Shown one piece after another: positions 10,642 to 22,023 of a stretch of DNA of 64,000 nt. How positions within the stretch are numbered: the stretch's first letter is position 1; each line of letters begins with the position of its first letter. Source of the stretch: Pseudomonadota bacterium. GTDB lineage: Bacteria; Pseudomonadota; Gammaproteobacteria; Burkholderiales; Ferrovaceae. The DNA lies in contig JAKBLB010000002.1 of NCBI GenBank assembly GCA_021832305.1, positions 44,794 to 108,793 of the forward strand, given 5' to 3'. Both the position numbers and the translations under genes were made by a program. The notes beneath the pieces were generated by a model, which saw only the letters and a program-made list of their open reading frames with translations, was not told where the DNA came from and ran no database searches.

Positions 10642-10653
10642 CGAGAGGTTCTC

Positions 10654-12570
10654 ATGCTGGATGGTTTTCGTTCGTTGTCTCAAACCTGGGTTGCCAAGGT
10701 GGTGCTCGCTCTGATCACCGTGCCTTTTGCTTTATTTGGCCTGGAATATTACCTGCGCCAGGGCGGTGGGGGAGGTGCGGTACTGAAGGTGGACGGCGTG
10801 GCCATTTCGCAGTCGGAGTTCCGTGACGCCCTGCGCAACCAGCAACAACAGATGCAGAGTGCGGGGGGCGGGGATTCCGCATCCCTGAGTTCTCCGGCAT
10901 TGCGTTATGAAGCCATGAATGCGCTGGTCAATCGCCAGTTATTGCTCAAATACGCTACCGATCACCATCTGACCATCCCGGATCAATTGTTGGTGGATGA
11001 AATTTCACGGGTAGAGGTGTTCCAGGAAAACGGCAAGTTTTCTCAATCCCGTTATGAGCAGGTGCTACGCACTCAAGGGATGACTCCGGCCCAGTTCGAA
11101 AAGCGCTTGCGCGCCGACCTGAAATTGCAACTGGAACAGGAATCCCTGACCACGACGGCCTGGGTGCCCGAGCAAACCCTCGATGCCTTTCTCGAACTGG
11201 ATGGGCAGATCCGTGCCGTGTCGACCGCAACCCTGAGTTCGGGCCAATTTTTGGGTGAGGTCAAACTTGCTGCCGATGCGGTCAGGAAATACTATGAAGC
11301 GCACCCGGATGAATTCCGTATTCCCGAACAGGTATCCATTCAATACGTGGTATTGGCGGCGGATCAATTGGCTGCCGGGGTGACGGTCCTTCCCGAAGAA
11401 TTACGCAAGGCGTACGCGGATCCCGCCAACCAAAGCCGTTGGGCCGGACAGGAAATGCGCCGGGCCCGTCATATTCTGCTCACCGTCCCCAATGGGGCCA
11501 GCCCTGCCCAACGGCAGTCGATCAAACAGCATGCGCAACAGTTGGTGACACGTTTGCAGGCTCATCCCGAACAGTTTGCGGAGGTTGCCAAGGCAGAGTC
11601 CCAGGACCCGGGATCGGCCCGTCAGGGCGGAGATCTGGGGTTTTTTGCCCGGGGAACCATGACCCCTCCCTTCGAGAAAGCCGTGTTTGCCTTGAATAAG
11701 GGAGAATTTTCCGGACCCGTCGAAACGGACTTTGGTTACCACGTGATTCAGGTGACGGACATCCATGAGGCGAAGCATTTGAGTCTCGAGGAGGTCACGC
11801 CCCAACTGACCGTAGAGATCCGTCGTCAGAAGGCCACCCAGAAATTTTCCGAGGAGGCCGAGGGTTTCACCACTCTGGTCTATGAGCAGTCCGGCAGTTT
11901 GCAGCCTGCTGCCGACAAATTTCACCTGACCGTGCAGACGGCCAACGGGGTCAGCAAAGGCCAGAAAACCGGGATCTGGTCCAATCCGAAATTGCAGGAG
12001 GCATTGTTTTCTTCGGCGGTGATCAGAGATCATCGCAATACGCCCGCCATCGAGGTGGCCCCCGGTTTGCTGATCTCCGCCCGGGTTACCATGGATCAAG
12101 CGCCGATGCTGAAACCGCTGGAACAGGCAGCCCCTTCCATCGAGCAACGGCTCGAGACCCAGCAGGCGGCAGTGTTGGCCCGTCAGGCGGGAGAAGAAAA
12201 ACTCAAGGAACTACAGGCAGGCAAGGCGGACACTGCCCTGACCTGGTCAGGAGAGCGGCTTTTGACACGCCAGCAGGCCTATGGCGGGGGCTTGCCGTCT
12301 GCGGTGGTGACTCCTGCCTTCCGGGTGGACGGACGACATTTGCCTGGTTATGCCGGGGCATCCACCCCCGATGGCGGCTTTGTCCTGGTGCGGGTCACCC
12401 AGGTTCAGCCAGGACGTACCGATGAGCCTGCCGCGCGCAAAGAAGCCGAAACCGGTCTGACGCGCGCCTATGGGGATGAAGCCATGGGAGAGTTCATGGC
12501 CGCTTTGCGTCAAAAGGCCAACATTCAGGTCGTGGATAAAAGCGTACTGGAAGAGTCTCCCCAGCGCTGA
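10654..12570 (+). CDS. ppiD: Periplasmic chaperone/peptidyl-prolyl isomerase PpiD
   Basis: N-terminal TM anchor, SurA_N-like region, parvulin motifs RARHILL, SQDPGSARQGGDLG, VETDFGYHVI. Confidence 0.93.
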   Translation: MLDGFRSLSQTWVAKVVLALITVPFALFGLEYYLRQGGGGGAVLKVDGVAISQSEFRDALRNQQQQMQSAGGGDSASLSSPALRYEAMNALVNRQLLLKYATDHHLTIPDQLLVDEISRVEVFQENGKFSQSRYEQVLRTQGMTPAQFEKRLRADLKLQLEQESLTTTAWVPEQTLDAFLELDGQIRAVSTATLSSGQFLGEVKLAADAVRKYYEAHPDEFRIPEQVSIQYVVLAADQLAAGVTVLPEELRKAYADPANQSRWAGQEMRRARHILLTVPNGASPAQRQSIKQHAQQLVTRLQAHPEQFAEVAKAESQDPGSARQGGDLGFFARGTMTPPFEKAVFALNKGEFSGPVETDFGYHVIQVTDIHEAKHLSLEEVTPQLTVEIRRQKATQKFSEEAEGFTTLVYEQSGSLQPAADKFHLTVQTANGVSKGQKTGIWSNPKLQEALFSSAVIRDHRNTPAIEVAPGLLISARVTMDQAPMLKPLEQAAPSIEQRLETQQAAVLARQAGEEKLKELQAGKADTALTWSGERLLTRQQAYGGGLPSAVVTPAFRVDGRHLPGYAGASTPDGGFVLVRVTQVQPGRTDEPAARKEAETGLTRAYGDEAMGEFMAALRQKANIQVVDKSVLEESPQR

Positions 12571-12605
12571 CCTCCAGGGGCCTGTCCCCTGGCGTGTCCC
12601 AAAAA

Positions 12606-13391
12606 TCAACTGGCCATGCCCGGGACGGTGCTGGAAAACCCCCCGTCTACGTGAACGATTTCTCCCGTCACGCCGGAAGCCAGGGAACTGCACAGAAAAG
12701 CGGCCACATTTCCCACTTCTTCAATGCTGACATTGCGGCGCAGGGGGGAGGTTTGCTCCACATAGCCCAGAATTTTGCCGAAATCACCGATGCCGGCGGC
12801 GGCCAGGGTTTTGATGGGGCCCGCAGAAATACCGTTGACCCGAATGCCCTTGGGTCCCAAACTTTGCGCCAGATAACGGACATTGGCTTCGAGACTGGCC
12901 TTGGCCAGTCCCATGACATTGTAGTTTTGTACGGAACGCTCGGCGCCCAGATAGGTCAGCGTCAGCAGGGCGCCCTGACGACCGGCCATGAGGGGCGCGC
13001 CGGCCTTGGCCAGGGCCGAAAAACTATAGGAACTGATGTCATGGGCGATGCGGAAGTTTTCCCGGGTCACGGAATCCAGAAAAGTACCGCTGAGGGCTTC
13101 GCGCGGGGCAAAGGCAATGGAGTGAACGATGCCGTCCAGTCCGTCCCAGCGTTGCCCCAGCGAATGGAAGAGGGCCTCGATTTGATCGTCCTGCGCCACA
13201 TCACAGGGATAAATCGCACTTACCCCCAATTCCGTGGCCAGTTTCTCCACTCGCCCGCGCACCGCGTCACCTTGATAGGTGAGCGCCAACTGGGCGCCTT
13301 CCCTTTGCATGGCCTGGGCGATTCCCCAAGCGATGGAACGATTGCTCAACAATCCGGTGATGAGTATGTTCTTGTTTGCCAAAAATCCCAT
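12606..13391 (-). CDS. fabI: Enoyl-ACP reductase
   Basis: [36 protein letters not shown]. Confidence 0.97.
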   Translation of the reverse strand: MGFLANKNILITGLLSNRSIAWGIAQAMQREGAQLALTYQGDAVRGRVEKLATELGVSAIYPCDVAQDDQIEALFHSLGQRWDGLDGIVHSIAFAPREALSGTFLDSVTRENFRIAHDISSYSFSALAKAGAPLMAGRQGALLTLTYLGAERSVQNYNVMGLAKASLEANVRYLAQSLGPKGIRVNGISAGPIKTLAAAGIGDFGKILGYVEQTSPLRRNVSIEEVGNVAAFLCSSLASGVTGEIVHVDGGFSSTVPGMAS

Positions 13392-13553
13392 GGGTCGCTC
13401 TCCTATGTCAGGGCGTCATGATAAACCATTCCCTTCGGAAAGGCGCAGTCGGACGCGATAGAATGGCGGATGGCGAAGATGAGACCCGGCATGGGGCAAT
13501 GGGTGGGTTTTGCAGGGATGATCGAGAGGAAAGGGTATGAAAGAGGGCGGCGG

Positions 13554-15320
13554 ATGAAGGTGAAAAGCGTGTGGGTGCTTTGGCTGGCCCTGTGGATGTC
13601 CCCGCTGCAGGCCCAGGAAAAGGTTCTGCATGTGGCGTTTTCTGCCTCTGAAACGGGGTTCGATCCGGTCCAGACTTCTGACCTCAATACGGCAGCCGTC
13701 GAACAGCAACTGTTTGAATCGTTGCTGACTTATGATTACCTGGCACGACCTGCCAAACTGGTTCCCCGTCTGGCAGCCACCATGCCCAGCGTGAGCGGGC
13801 AGGGGCGCATCTGGACCTTTACCCTGAAAAAAGGCGTGTATTTTTCCCCCGATCCGGTTTTTCAGGGTAGAAAGCGGGAAGTGACGGCGGCCGATGTGGT
13901 CTATACCCTGATGCGTTTCATGGATCCCAAGAATCGCTCCCCCTACAAGTTTTTGCTGGAAGGAAAAATCGAAGGACTGGATGAGCGAGCAGATCAAGCC
14001 CGGGTGACGGGGCATTTTGATTATGACACGCCCGTGGCGGGATTGACGGTACTCGATCCCTGGCATGTGCGCGTGCACCTGAAAACTACCGACTATGATT
14101 TTGGGCATGCCATGGCCCAGCCCATGATGGGAATCGTGGCCCGGGAGGTGATCGAGGCGTATGCAGGGGACACGGCATCTCATCCGGTGGGCACCGGACC
14201 CTATCGTCTGGGACGGTGGGTGCGCTCAGCGCGCATCGAACTGATCCGTAATCCCAACTACCGCTCTGAAGTCTGGCATTTCTCTCCCGGCAACGATCCG
14301 GAGAATCAGCGTGTGGCGGCACAAATGGAAGGAAAAACGTTGCCTCGGATCGATCGGATCGATATTCAGATCATCGAGGAAGCCCAGTCGGCCTGGCTCA
14401 GTTTTGGCAAGGGAGAACTGGATATTCTGGGGATTCCGGCCCAGTTTTCTCCCCTGGCGCTGAGCGGGGACCAGTTGCGTCCGGAATGGGTCAGGCGCGG
14501 GATTCGTCTGGACCGGATCGTGGAACCCGCCATTGCCTACTATTTCATCAATCAGCAGGACCCCCTGTTGGGCGGCATGACCCCCGCCAGAATCGCTCTG
14601 CGGCGCGCCATTTTCTTGGCGATGAATGACGGCGAAATGATGCGGGTCATCGACAAAGGCCAGGCGATTCGGACGACTTATCCGATTCCACCGGGGGTGG
14701 CGGGCGCTGACGCCCAGTACCAGAGTTTGCTGAATTATGACCCGGAACTGGCCAATCAACTGCTCGATGCCTATGGATATCGGCGGGACAGAACGGGTTA
14801 TCGTCTTCAGCCGGATGGAAAACCCTTGGAAGTCCGGTATACGACGGGACTTTCATCACAGGATCGGGAACTGGACGAGGTGATGAAAAAATCCCTGGAC
14901 CGCATCGGCTTGCGTTTTTCCAGCAACAAACTCAAGTTTCCGGACATCATTCGGGCAGAACGCCAATGTCAGATCCAGTTCCGCTTGTCGGCCTGGATTG
15001 CCGATTATCCCGACGGAGACAATTTCATGCAACTCTGGTACGGACCGCATACCCATGAGAATAATGCCAGTTGTTATCAGGACCCGGAATGGGACCGATT
15101 GTACGAACAAACCCTCACCTTGCCTGATTCCCCCCGGCGGGATGCCTTGTACCATCGTTTGGCGCGACGCCTGGAACTGTATGGGGTGACCAAGGTCAGT
15201 ACGTCAGCCTTGCGCAATGTCCTGTCCCAACCCTGGGTACTGGGTTATCGGGCGCATCCCATCTTGCCTTCGGTGTGGAATTACCTGGATGTGGAGGAGC
15301 GGCATGAAGCAACCCCTTGA
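13554..15320 (+). CDS. Peptide ABC transporter substrate-binding protein (family 5)
   Basis: Signal peptide, ETGFDP, HPVGTGPY; heads ABC operon. Confidence 0.9.
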   Translation: MKVKSVWVLWLALWMSPLQAQEKVLHVAFSASETGFDPVQTSDLNTAAVEQQLFESLLTYDYLARPAKLVPRLAATMPSVSGQGRIWTFTLKKGVYFSPDPVFQGRKREVTAADVVYTLMRFMDPKNRSPYKFLLEGKIEGLDERADQARVTGHFDYDTPVAGLTVLDPWHVRVHLKTTDYDFGHAMAQPMMGIVAREVIEAYAGDTASHPVGTGPYRLGRWVRSARIELIRNPNYRSEVWHFSPGNDPENQRVAAQMEGKTLPRIDRIDIQIIEEAQSAWLSFGKGELDILGIPAQFSPLALSGDQLRPEWVRRGIRLDRIVEPAIAYYFINQQDPLLGGMTPARIALRRAIFLAMNDGEMMRVIDKGQAIRTTYPIPPGVAGADAQYQSLLNYDPELANQLLDAYGYRRDRTGYRLQPDGKPLEVRYTTGLSSQDRELDEVMKKSLDRIGLRFSSNKLKFPDIIRAERQCQIQFRLSAWIADYPDGDNFMQLWYGPHTHENNASCYQDPEWDRLYEQTLTLPDSPRRDALYHRLARRLELYGVTKVSTSALRNVLSQPWVLGYRAHPILPSVWNYLDVEERHEATP

Positions 15321-15332
15321 CGAGAAAAAAAC

Positions 15333-16277
15333 ATGAGCGGATTGCTTTTTCTGGTCCGGCGTCTGGGACAGGCCCTGTTGACTTTACTGGGGGTGATCCT
15401 GCTGGTTTTCGTCCTGTTCAATTGGGTGGGGGGGGATCCCGCCCTGATCCTGGCCGGCAAAATGGCCAGCGCGCAGGACCTGGCCAACGTGCGTCACCAA
15501 CTGGGCCTCGACCGCCCGCTCTGGCAACAGTTTCTGGATTTTGTCGGGCAGGTGTTACGCGGAGATTATGGGGAAAGTTGGGCCACCCATGAGCCTGTCT
15601 CCGCCATTTTCCGCTCCCGGTTGGGACCCTCTCTGACGCTTCTGATCCCCATGCTGGTTCTGGAAACCCTGGTGGCCGTTGCAGTGGCCCTGCTGGTGGC
15701 GGCGTTGAGGGGTTCCTGGCTGGATCAGGGGGTGCGCATGGTGAGCACGGTGGCCATGTCCGTCAGTTTATTGGTCTACATCATCGTGGGACAATACGTC
15801 TTTGCGTATCTGTGGGGATGGTTTCCGGTCAAGGGGTGGAGTGATTCCGTTCTGACCAATCTGCGGGTCTACGCGCTTTTGCCTGTGTTGCTGGGACTTT
15901 TTGTGAGTGTCGCCCCCTCGATCCGGCTCTATCGCTCCTTCATACTGGAAGAGATCGATCAGGATTTTGTGCGGACGGCGCGTGCCAAGGGCTTGTCGGA
16001 AACGCGCATCCTTTTCGTGCATGTTCTGCGCAATGCAGCCATTCCCATCGTCACCAATGTTCTGATGGGACTGCCCGGATTGTTGACCGGCGCTTTTCTG
16101 CTGGAACGGTTTTTTGCCATTCCCGGCATCGGACGGGAAATCATTCTGGCCGTGGAGCGCAGTGATTTCCCCTTGATCAAGGCGATCACCGTGTATGTGG
16201 CCATGGCCACCCTGGCAGTCAACTTGCTGGGGGATCTGTGTTACCGTTGGCTGGATCCCCGGGTACGTCTGGAGTAG
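15333..16277 (+). CDS. Peptide ABC transporter permease (DppB/OppB-like)
   Basis: LGLDRPL, DFVRTARAKGL EAA loop. Confidence 0.92.
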   Translation: MSGLLFLVRRLGQALLTLLGVILLVFVLFNWVGGDPALILAGKMASAQDLANVRHQLGLDRPLWQQFLDFVGQVLRGDYGESWATHEPVSAIFRSRLGPSLTLLIPMLVLETLVAVAVALLVAALRGSWLDQGVRMVSTVAMSVSLLVYIIVGQYVFAYLWGWFPVKGWSDSVLTNLRVYALLPVLLGLFVSVAPSIRLYRSFILEEIDQDFVRTARAKGLSETRILFVHVLRNAAIPIVTNVLMGLPGLLTGAFLLERFFAIPGIGREIILAVERSDFPLIKAITVYVAMATLAVNLLGDLCYRWLDPRVRLE

Positions 16278-16286
16278 GACGGAAGG

Positions 16287-17324
16287 ATGGCTAAAATTTA
16301 TTCACTGAAGCGTTCGGAGAATGCCTGGAACCTCGCCCTGCGCCGTTTATGGCGCGACCCGGTGGGACGTTTTTCCCTGGGCGTGGTGATGGGTTATCTG
16401 GTGCTGGTAGGGATGGTGCTGGCCGGGTGGCTGGGTGCGCGCTGGAATGACCCGGTGGCCGTCAATTACGCACCTCCGACATGGTGTGCCTCTGCCGCAA
16501 ATCGGGTGACCCGGCCGGCTGGGGAGGCCTGGGATCGTCGTTCGGTCATTCCTTTGTATGGTTGGACCGATCCGCTCGAACCGATCTGGAGCGAAGCGCG
16601 GGCCGCGGCGCAACGGATCCAGCCCGAGCCTGTGTCGTATCGCCTGACCCTGTTTTTCGGGGCGGATAAATGGGGACGGGATGTGGGGCAAAAGGTGCTC
16701 AAGGGGACCCAGACCTCGGTTTGGGTAGGACTGGTCGCAGCTTTTGTGGCCACGTTCATCGGGACCGTCCTGGGGGCTCTGGCGGGTTATTACGGGCGGT
16801 GGGTCGATGACCTGTTGAATGGCTTTTATGGGGTATTGACCTCCATTCCTTACCTGTTGCTGGTTTTTGCGGTCGCTGCCGTATTTCAGCAGAAGGGGGT
16901 GGGCACCCTCATCCTGATTCTTGGCCTGACGGGGTGGACGGGGGTCTTTCGCCTGGTCCGGGCCGAATATCTGAAGCACCGCACCCGGGAATATGTACTG
17001 GCTGCCGGCGCGTTGGGCGCTTCCCATGGGCGGCGCGTGTGGGTCCATATCCTGCCCAATGTCAGCCATGTGATTTTGGTTCAGTTTTCCCAGAATCTGG
17101 TGGGGTTCATCAAATCGGAAGTGATTCTCAGTTTCCTGGGGTTTGGCGTCCCCGTCAGTTCGGTGTCCTGGGGCAGCATGTTGAACGAGGCGCAGAATGA
17201 ACTGATTCTGGGTAAATGGTGGCAGTTGGGGGTTACCACGGTGGCCATGGCCATTTTTGTCACCGCCTCGAGTTTGCTGACCGATGCTTTGCGGGATGCG
17301 CTCGATCCGAGGTTGAATTCGTGA
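16287..17324 (+). CDS. Peptide ABC transporter permease (DppC/OppC-like)
   Basis: FGADKWGRD, REYVLAAGALGA, HILPN, SWGSML. Confidence 0.92.
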   Translation: MAKIYSLKRSENAWNLALRRLWRDPVGRFSLGVVMGYLVLVGMVLAGWLGARWNDPVAVNYAPPTWCASAANRVTRPAGEAWDRRSVIPLYGWTDPLEPIWSEARAAAQRIQPEPVSYRLTLFFGADKWGRDVGQKVLKGTQTSVWVGLVAAFVATFIGTVLGALAGYYGRWVDDLLNGFYGVLTSIPYLLLVFAVAAVFQQKGVGTLILILGLTGWTGVFRLVRAEYLKHRTREYVLAAGALGASHGRRVWVHILPNVSHVILVQFSQNLVGFIKSEVILSFLGFGVPVSSVSWGSMLNEAQNELILGKWWQLGVTTVAMAIFVTASSLLTDALRDALDPRLNS

Positions 17325-19006
17325 AATCCTTGCCTTTGCTGGAGGTGCGTGACCTCGAGGTGGCGTTTCGCCAGGCCGGAGAGGTTCCCCTGGCAGCGGT
17401 GCGCGGCGTGGATTTTACCGTGCCCCACTGCGCCACCGTCGCTTTGGTGGGGGAGTCGGGGAGTGGAAAATCGGTGACTGCGCTCTCCATTCTGCGCCTC
17501 CTCCCGGAATCCCATGCCCATCTCCATGAGCGCAGTCGCATCTTGTGGGAAGGGCGCAATCTTCTGGAGTTTTCACCTCAAGCCATGCGGACCCTGCGCA
17601 GACATTCCCTGGGGATGATCTTTCAGGACCCCCTGGGTGCGCTCAACCCGGTATTCACCATCGGGATGCAACTGGGCGAATCCGTGCGCCGCGCGGAAGG
17701 GATGGGGTCCGCGCGGCAGGTACGTCGACGCTCCCTCGAACTTCTGGCGCAGGTGGGCATTGCAAACCCTGCGGCGCGACTGTCCGCCTATCCCCACCAA
17801 CTGTCCGGGGGGCAACAGCAACGAGTCATGATTGCCATGGCGATCAGTACCCATCCCCAATTGCTGATTGCCGATGAACCGACCACTGCCCTGGATGTGA
17901 CCGTGCAACGTCAGATCATGACCCTGTTGCGGGAACTGCAACGCGAACTGTCCATGGCCATCCTGTTCATCACCCATGATCTGGCGCTGGTGGGAGAAAT
18001 TGCCGATGAGGTGGTGGTGATGCGCCAGGGACGGGTGGTGGAGCAGGGGCGCTGTTCCGAGGTGCTGGTGACCCCTCGCCATGACTATACCCGGGCGCTG
18101 CTGACCTGTCGTCCTACCCTGGGCAATCTACCTGCGCGTTTGCCCATGATCGATGACCAGGGAAATTTGATGCCTGCCCGGGATTCTTCCGCTCCCCGCT
18201 CTCCGGAACCGTTATCGGTGGCGCTGGAAGTGGAGGGAGTCAGCAAGTCCTTCGTGGTGCAGGGAGCGGGCTGGCGACGTGCTCGTTTTCAAGCTCTGGA
18301 ACCCCTGGGATTTGTCTTGAAAACCGGGCGTACCTTGGGCGTGGTGGGCGAATCCGGTTCCGGCAAATCCACCCTGGCGCGGATGGTGGCCGGCATCCTG
18401 GCCCCCGACACGGGTCGGATTCATTTCCCCGGGGCGGGAGTTCCCGGCAGAAGCGGAAGGGCAACCCAGGTGCAGATGGTGTTTCAGAATCCCTTTGCTT
18501 CCCTCAATCCGCGTTTTACCATCGCCCAATTGCTGACCGAACCCCTCATGCTCCAGGGACCGGGTTCCCATGCGGACGAACGACTGGCATTGGCGGTGCG
18601 CTGGTTGGAGCGCGTGGGGCTGAACGAACGGGCATTGAATCGCTACCCTCATGAGTTCTCTGGAGGGCAACGCCAACGGATTGCGATTGCGCGTTGTCTG
18701 ACCGTGAATCCGCGCGTGCTGATCTGTGACGAATCCGTTTCCGCCCTGGATGTGTCGGTTCAGGCTCAGGTGTTGAATCTGTTGCGGGATTTACAGGATG
18801 AACTGGACCTCAGCCTCCTGTTCATTTCCCATGACCTCGCCGTGGTTCGGTTCATGGCCGATGAAATCCTGGTCCTGTACGCCGGGCAGGTCGTGGAGCG
18901 GGGAAAAGCGGAAGATGTCTATGCGCGCCCACGACACCCCTATACCCGGCAGTTGCTCAAAGCCATCCCTCAGGGTATTCCGCTCTCCTCTCAAGGGGAG
19001 GAATGA
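17321..19006 (+). CDS. Peptide ABC transporter fused dual ATPase (DppD/F-like)
   Basis: Two GESGSGKS Walker A motifs and two LSGGQ/FSGGQ signatures; GTG start overlaps previous stop. Confidence 0.92.
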   Translation: MKSLPLLEVRDLEVAFRQAGEVPLAAVRGVDFTVPHCATVALVGESGSGKSVTALSILRLLPESHAHLHERSRILWEGRNLLEFSPQAMRTLRRHSLGMIFQDPLGALNPVFTIGMQLGESVRRAEGMGSARQVRRRSLELLAQVGIANPAARLSAYPHQLSGGQQQRVMIAMAISTHPQLLIADEPTTALDVTVQRQIMTLLRELQRELSMAILFITHDLALVGEIADEVVVMRQGRVVEQGRCSEVLVTPRHDYTRALLTCRPTLGNLPARLPMIDDQGNLMPARDSSAPRSPEPLSVALEVEGVSKSFVVQGAGWRRARFQALEPLGFVLKTGRTLGVVGESGSGKSTLARMVAGILAPDTGRIHFPGAGVPGRSGRATQVQMVFQNPFASLNPRFTIAQLLTEPLMLQGPGSHADERLALAVRWLERVGLNERALNRYPHEFSGGQRQRIAIARCLTVNPRVLICDESVSALDVSVQAQVLNLLRDLQDELDLSLLFISHDLAVVRFMADEILVLYAGQVVERGKAEDVYARPRHPYTRQLLKAIPQGIPLSSQGEE

Positions 19007-20412
19007 GGCGGAGAGGCGGTTGGGTGATGGGTTTTGTGAAGGGCAGAATGCGTTCGGACGGGAGTGTTGCGGGCCGATTTTGAGTGGCTCTTGCTGGGGA
19101 GGGCATGCGCCCGATTGGTTTTTTTGCGGGCCCGTCGTTCATGCGCGGGAGGATGCTTCGTCGGCAGCGTGGAGAGTTCGGCTTCCGGAGGGCTGGCAGG
19201 AAGGTCGGGGGTGGGCGCTGGGGGAGCGGTTTCTGCGGTTTTTGAAAAGGGGACCAGAATGACCCCGCCACTGGCAATCCTGCGGTTGGACGCAATGCCG
19301 TTGATGCGTTTCAATTCTTCACCGCTCATCCCGTATTCGTGGGCCACATGATCGATGGCTTCGCCCCGTTGCAACTGGCGGGTTTGCCAGGATACCAGGG
19401 TGATGTCCGGGTCATCCAGGCGCGCGATGAAAGAATTGGCTGCGGACACAGGGACCAGGATCGTCGTGTTCCGACTGGAATCGAGTTGAATCAGGGGGCG
19501 ATTGAACCCGGGGTTCAACATCAGAAAATCCTCTTCGCTCAGTCCCGCCAGTTGAGCGGCTACTTTGGTGTCCAGTCTCTTGTGGGTAGTAATGGCAGAA
19601 AAGTAAGGCTCATCGGGAATGGGGGGAAGAATGAGACCGTAATGTTCCGGAGACAGGACGATGGCTTTGGCAGCCAGAAGACGCGGGATGTAATTACGGG
19701 TTTCATCGGATAAATTGAGGTGACCAAAGTCGATAGGCAACTGGCGCGCCCGATTGTAGGCGATTTCGCGGCGAATTTTCCCCTCCCCGCAATTGTAGGC
19801 TGCCAGTGCCAGGTCCCAGGAGTGAAACTCGTCATACAGGCGCTGGAGGTAATCCAGGGCGCTGTATGTGGTCGCGACCACATCCTTCTGTCCGTCGTAC
19901 CACCAATCCTTGTGCAAACCGAAGAGACGGGCGGTAGAGGGGATGAACTGCCATATGCCCGAGGCCTGGCTGCGTGACAGGGCGTGGGGATTGTAGGCGC
20001 TTTCCACCACGGGGAGAAGCGCGATTTCGGTGGGCATGCCACGGCGCTGTACTTCGTCGACAATGAAATACAGATACATCCGACTGCGGTTGAGGGTTCT
20101 TTCCACATAATCCGGGCGGGCGGCAAACCAGGCGATATGTTTGGCGATCAGTCGGTCATCCCGCTCATCTGTCAGGTCGGGCAGGGCGAATCCACTGCGG
20201 ATCCGGTCCCAGACCTCCCCCGGCGGGGCCTGATCACTGGCTTGAGGCGGTAATTCTGGATCGAGGGGCAGATCGAGGTCATCCAGGTCGGGAGTCTGTG
20301 GGGCCTCTTCGCCCAGGGTGGGCGAGGGCGCAGAAGCGTGGGGTGGGTCCTGGGCCCAGCCCAGCCCCATCCAGCACAAGAAAGTCAAAAGCCCCAGTAT
20401 TCTGGTCAGCAC
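18991..20412 (-). CDS. mltD: Membrane-bound lytic murein transglycosylase D (SLT + LysM)
   Basis: LPVVESAYNP, GIWQFIPST, LAAYNCGEG, ETRNYIP; LysM-like segment; downstream of gloB. Confidence 0.9.
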   Translation of the reverse strand: MLTRILGLLTFLCWMGLGWAQDPPHASAPSPTLGEEAPQTPDLDDLDLPLDPELPPQASDQAPPGEVWDRIRSGFALPDLTDERDDRLIAKHIAWFAARPDYVERTLNRSRMYLYFIVDEVQRRGMPTEIALLPVVESAYNPHALSRSQASGIWQFIPSTARLFGLHKDWWYDGQKDVVATTYSALDYLQRLYDEFHSWDLALAAYNCGEGKIRREIAYNRARQLPIDFGHLNLSDETRNYIPRLLAAKAIVLSPEHYGLILPPIPDEPYFSAITTHKRLDTKVAAQLAGLSEEDFLMLNPGFNRPLIQLDSSRNTTILVPVSAANSFIARLDDPDITLVSWQTRQLQRGEAIDHVAHEYGMSGEELKRINGIASNRRIASGGVILVPFSKTAETAPPAPTPDLPASPPEAELSTLPTKHPPAHERRARKKTNRAHALPSKSHSKSARNTPVRTHSALHKTHHPTASPPHSSP

Positions 20413-21185
20413 TGGTTCTTCCAGGTGCGTAACACGGTGAAGCGGGTCAATGGGTCGTTGCCCACGGGGGATCCCAGGTAATGATCCAGCGCCGGGGTCA
20501 GGGCGGGATCGGCGCTGCGCAGAAAAGGATTGGCCCGTCGTTCCCGACCGATCCGGCTGGGCAGGGTGGGTTCTCCCCGTTTGCGTTGAGCCCGGGCCTC
20601 TTTTGCCCAATTCTGAAGTTCCGGATTGTGCGGGTCTGCCCTCAAGGCGAAGTCCAGGTTACTCACCGTGTATTCATGGGCGCAGTAGACAGCGGTTTCG
20701 TCGGGCAGGGCAGCCAGTCGCTCCAGGGAGCGAAGCATCTGGGCGGGCGTCCCTTCAAAGATTCGACCGCAGCCGGCGGCAAACAGGGTATCGCCACAAA
20801 AGAGACAATCCTGACCTACATAGGCCACATGTCCCAGGGTATGTCCGGGAACTTCCAGCACGGTCAGGGTCAAATCCAGGGAGGTCAGGGTGATTTCGTC
20901 TCCTGTGCGAAGGGGGTGGGTCGTGCCCGGGATGGGTTCCCCCGCAGGGCCGTAAACCGTCAGGTCGGGAAAGCGGGCACGCAATTCCATCACCCCGCCG
21001 CAATGATCGGCGTGGTGATGGGTGAGCAGGATGCCCTCCAGTTCCCAATGTCCCCTTCCGAGAGTGGTCAGGACGGGGGCGGCGTCTCCGGGGTCGACCA
21101 CCCAGGCCTTGCGGTCATTGTGGATCAACCACAGGTAATTGTCGGCGAAGGCGGAGATCGGAACGATAGAAAAAGATTTAGGCAT
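20406..21185 (-). CDS. gloB: Hydroxyacylglutathione hydrolase (glyoxalase II)
   Basis: THHHADH, PGHTLGH, GDTLF...GCGR, CAHEYT. Confidence 0.96.
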   Translation of the reverse strand: MPKSFSIVPISAFADNYLWLIHNDRKAWVVDPGDAAPVLTTLGRGHWELEGILLTHHHADHCGGVMELRARFPDLTVYGPAGEPIPGTTHPLRTGDEITLTSLDLTLTVLEVPGHTLGHVAYVGQDCLFCGDTLFAAGCGRIFEGTPAQMLRSLERLAALPDETAVYCAHEYTVSNLDFALRADPHNPELQNWAKEARAQRKRGEPTLPSRIGRERRANPFLRSADPALTPALDHYLGSPVGNDPLTRFTVLRTWKNQC

Positions 21186-21222
21186 TTTCCACAAAGAGAC
21201 AGATTTGGACTACAATTTTGTC

Positions 21223-22023
21223 ATGGAACAGAAAAACCTGCACGCTTGGCTCGAGACTCCGCTGGGACAGTACGTCCTCCGGATGGAGCAGGACATGCTG
21301 GATGAGGCGGTGGCGAACCTCTTCGGCTTCAATGCGCTGCAGATCAGTTGGCCGCACCTGGATGGGTTGCGGACCAACCGGATTCCGCATCATATGACGT
21401 TGAGCGCCCGTCCGGGCGGGACCATCCAGGCCGAACCCTGTGCCCTGCCGCTTGCTTCCCAGAGCCTGGATCTCGTGGTCATGCCCCATGCTCTGGAATT
21501 TACGGAACATCCTCATGCCCTGCTGCGGGAGGTGGATCGGGTCATGCGCCCCGAGGGGCGGTTGGTCATCGTGGGTTTCAATCCCCACAGTTTGTGGGGC
21601 GTGCGCCAGTTGTTCACCCTGAACCGACGGGTATCCCCATGGTCGGGACGTTTCATCAGTATCTCGCGTCTCAAGGATTGGCTGGCCCTGTTGAGTTTCG
21701 ATATGGATGGTGGGCGATTTGGCGCCTATGCCCCGCCTTTTACCAGCGCTCGCTGGCTGCATCGTTTCCGGTTCATGGAACTGGCGGGCGATCGCTGGTG
21801 GGGGGTGGGCGGAGGCATTTATCTGCTGCAGGCAGTCAAGCGCGTGCACGCCCTGCGCCTGATCACGCCCCGCTGGCAACCTCAAAACAGGGTGGAACCT
21901 TCCCTGGCTGCCGCAGTGCGGAGCGGGGGGGTACGCCGGCAAGGAGTTCAACCCTCTGCGAAGGATAACGTGGTCCCCCTGCTGCCCCGTCCCAAAGCCG
22001 TGCCGGTATCGCCCCAGTCATGA
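21223..22023 (+). CDS. Class I SAM-dependent methyltransferase (YafS-like)
   Basis: [26 protein letters not shown]; gloB/rnhA synteny. Confidence 0.88.
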   Translation: MEQKNLHAWLETPLGQYVLRMEQDMLDEAVANLFGFNALQISWPHLDGLRTNRIPHHMTLSARPGGTIQAEPCALPLASQSLDLVVMPHALEFTEHPHALLREVDRVMRPEGRLVIVGFNPHSLWGVRQLFTLNRRVSPWSGRFISISRLKDWLALLSFDMDGGRFGAYAPPFTSARWLHRFRFMELAGDRWWGVGGGIYLLQAVKRVHALRLITPRWQPQNRVEPSLAAAVRSGGVRRQGVQPSAKDNVVPLLPRPKAVPVSPQS

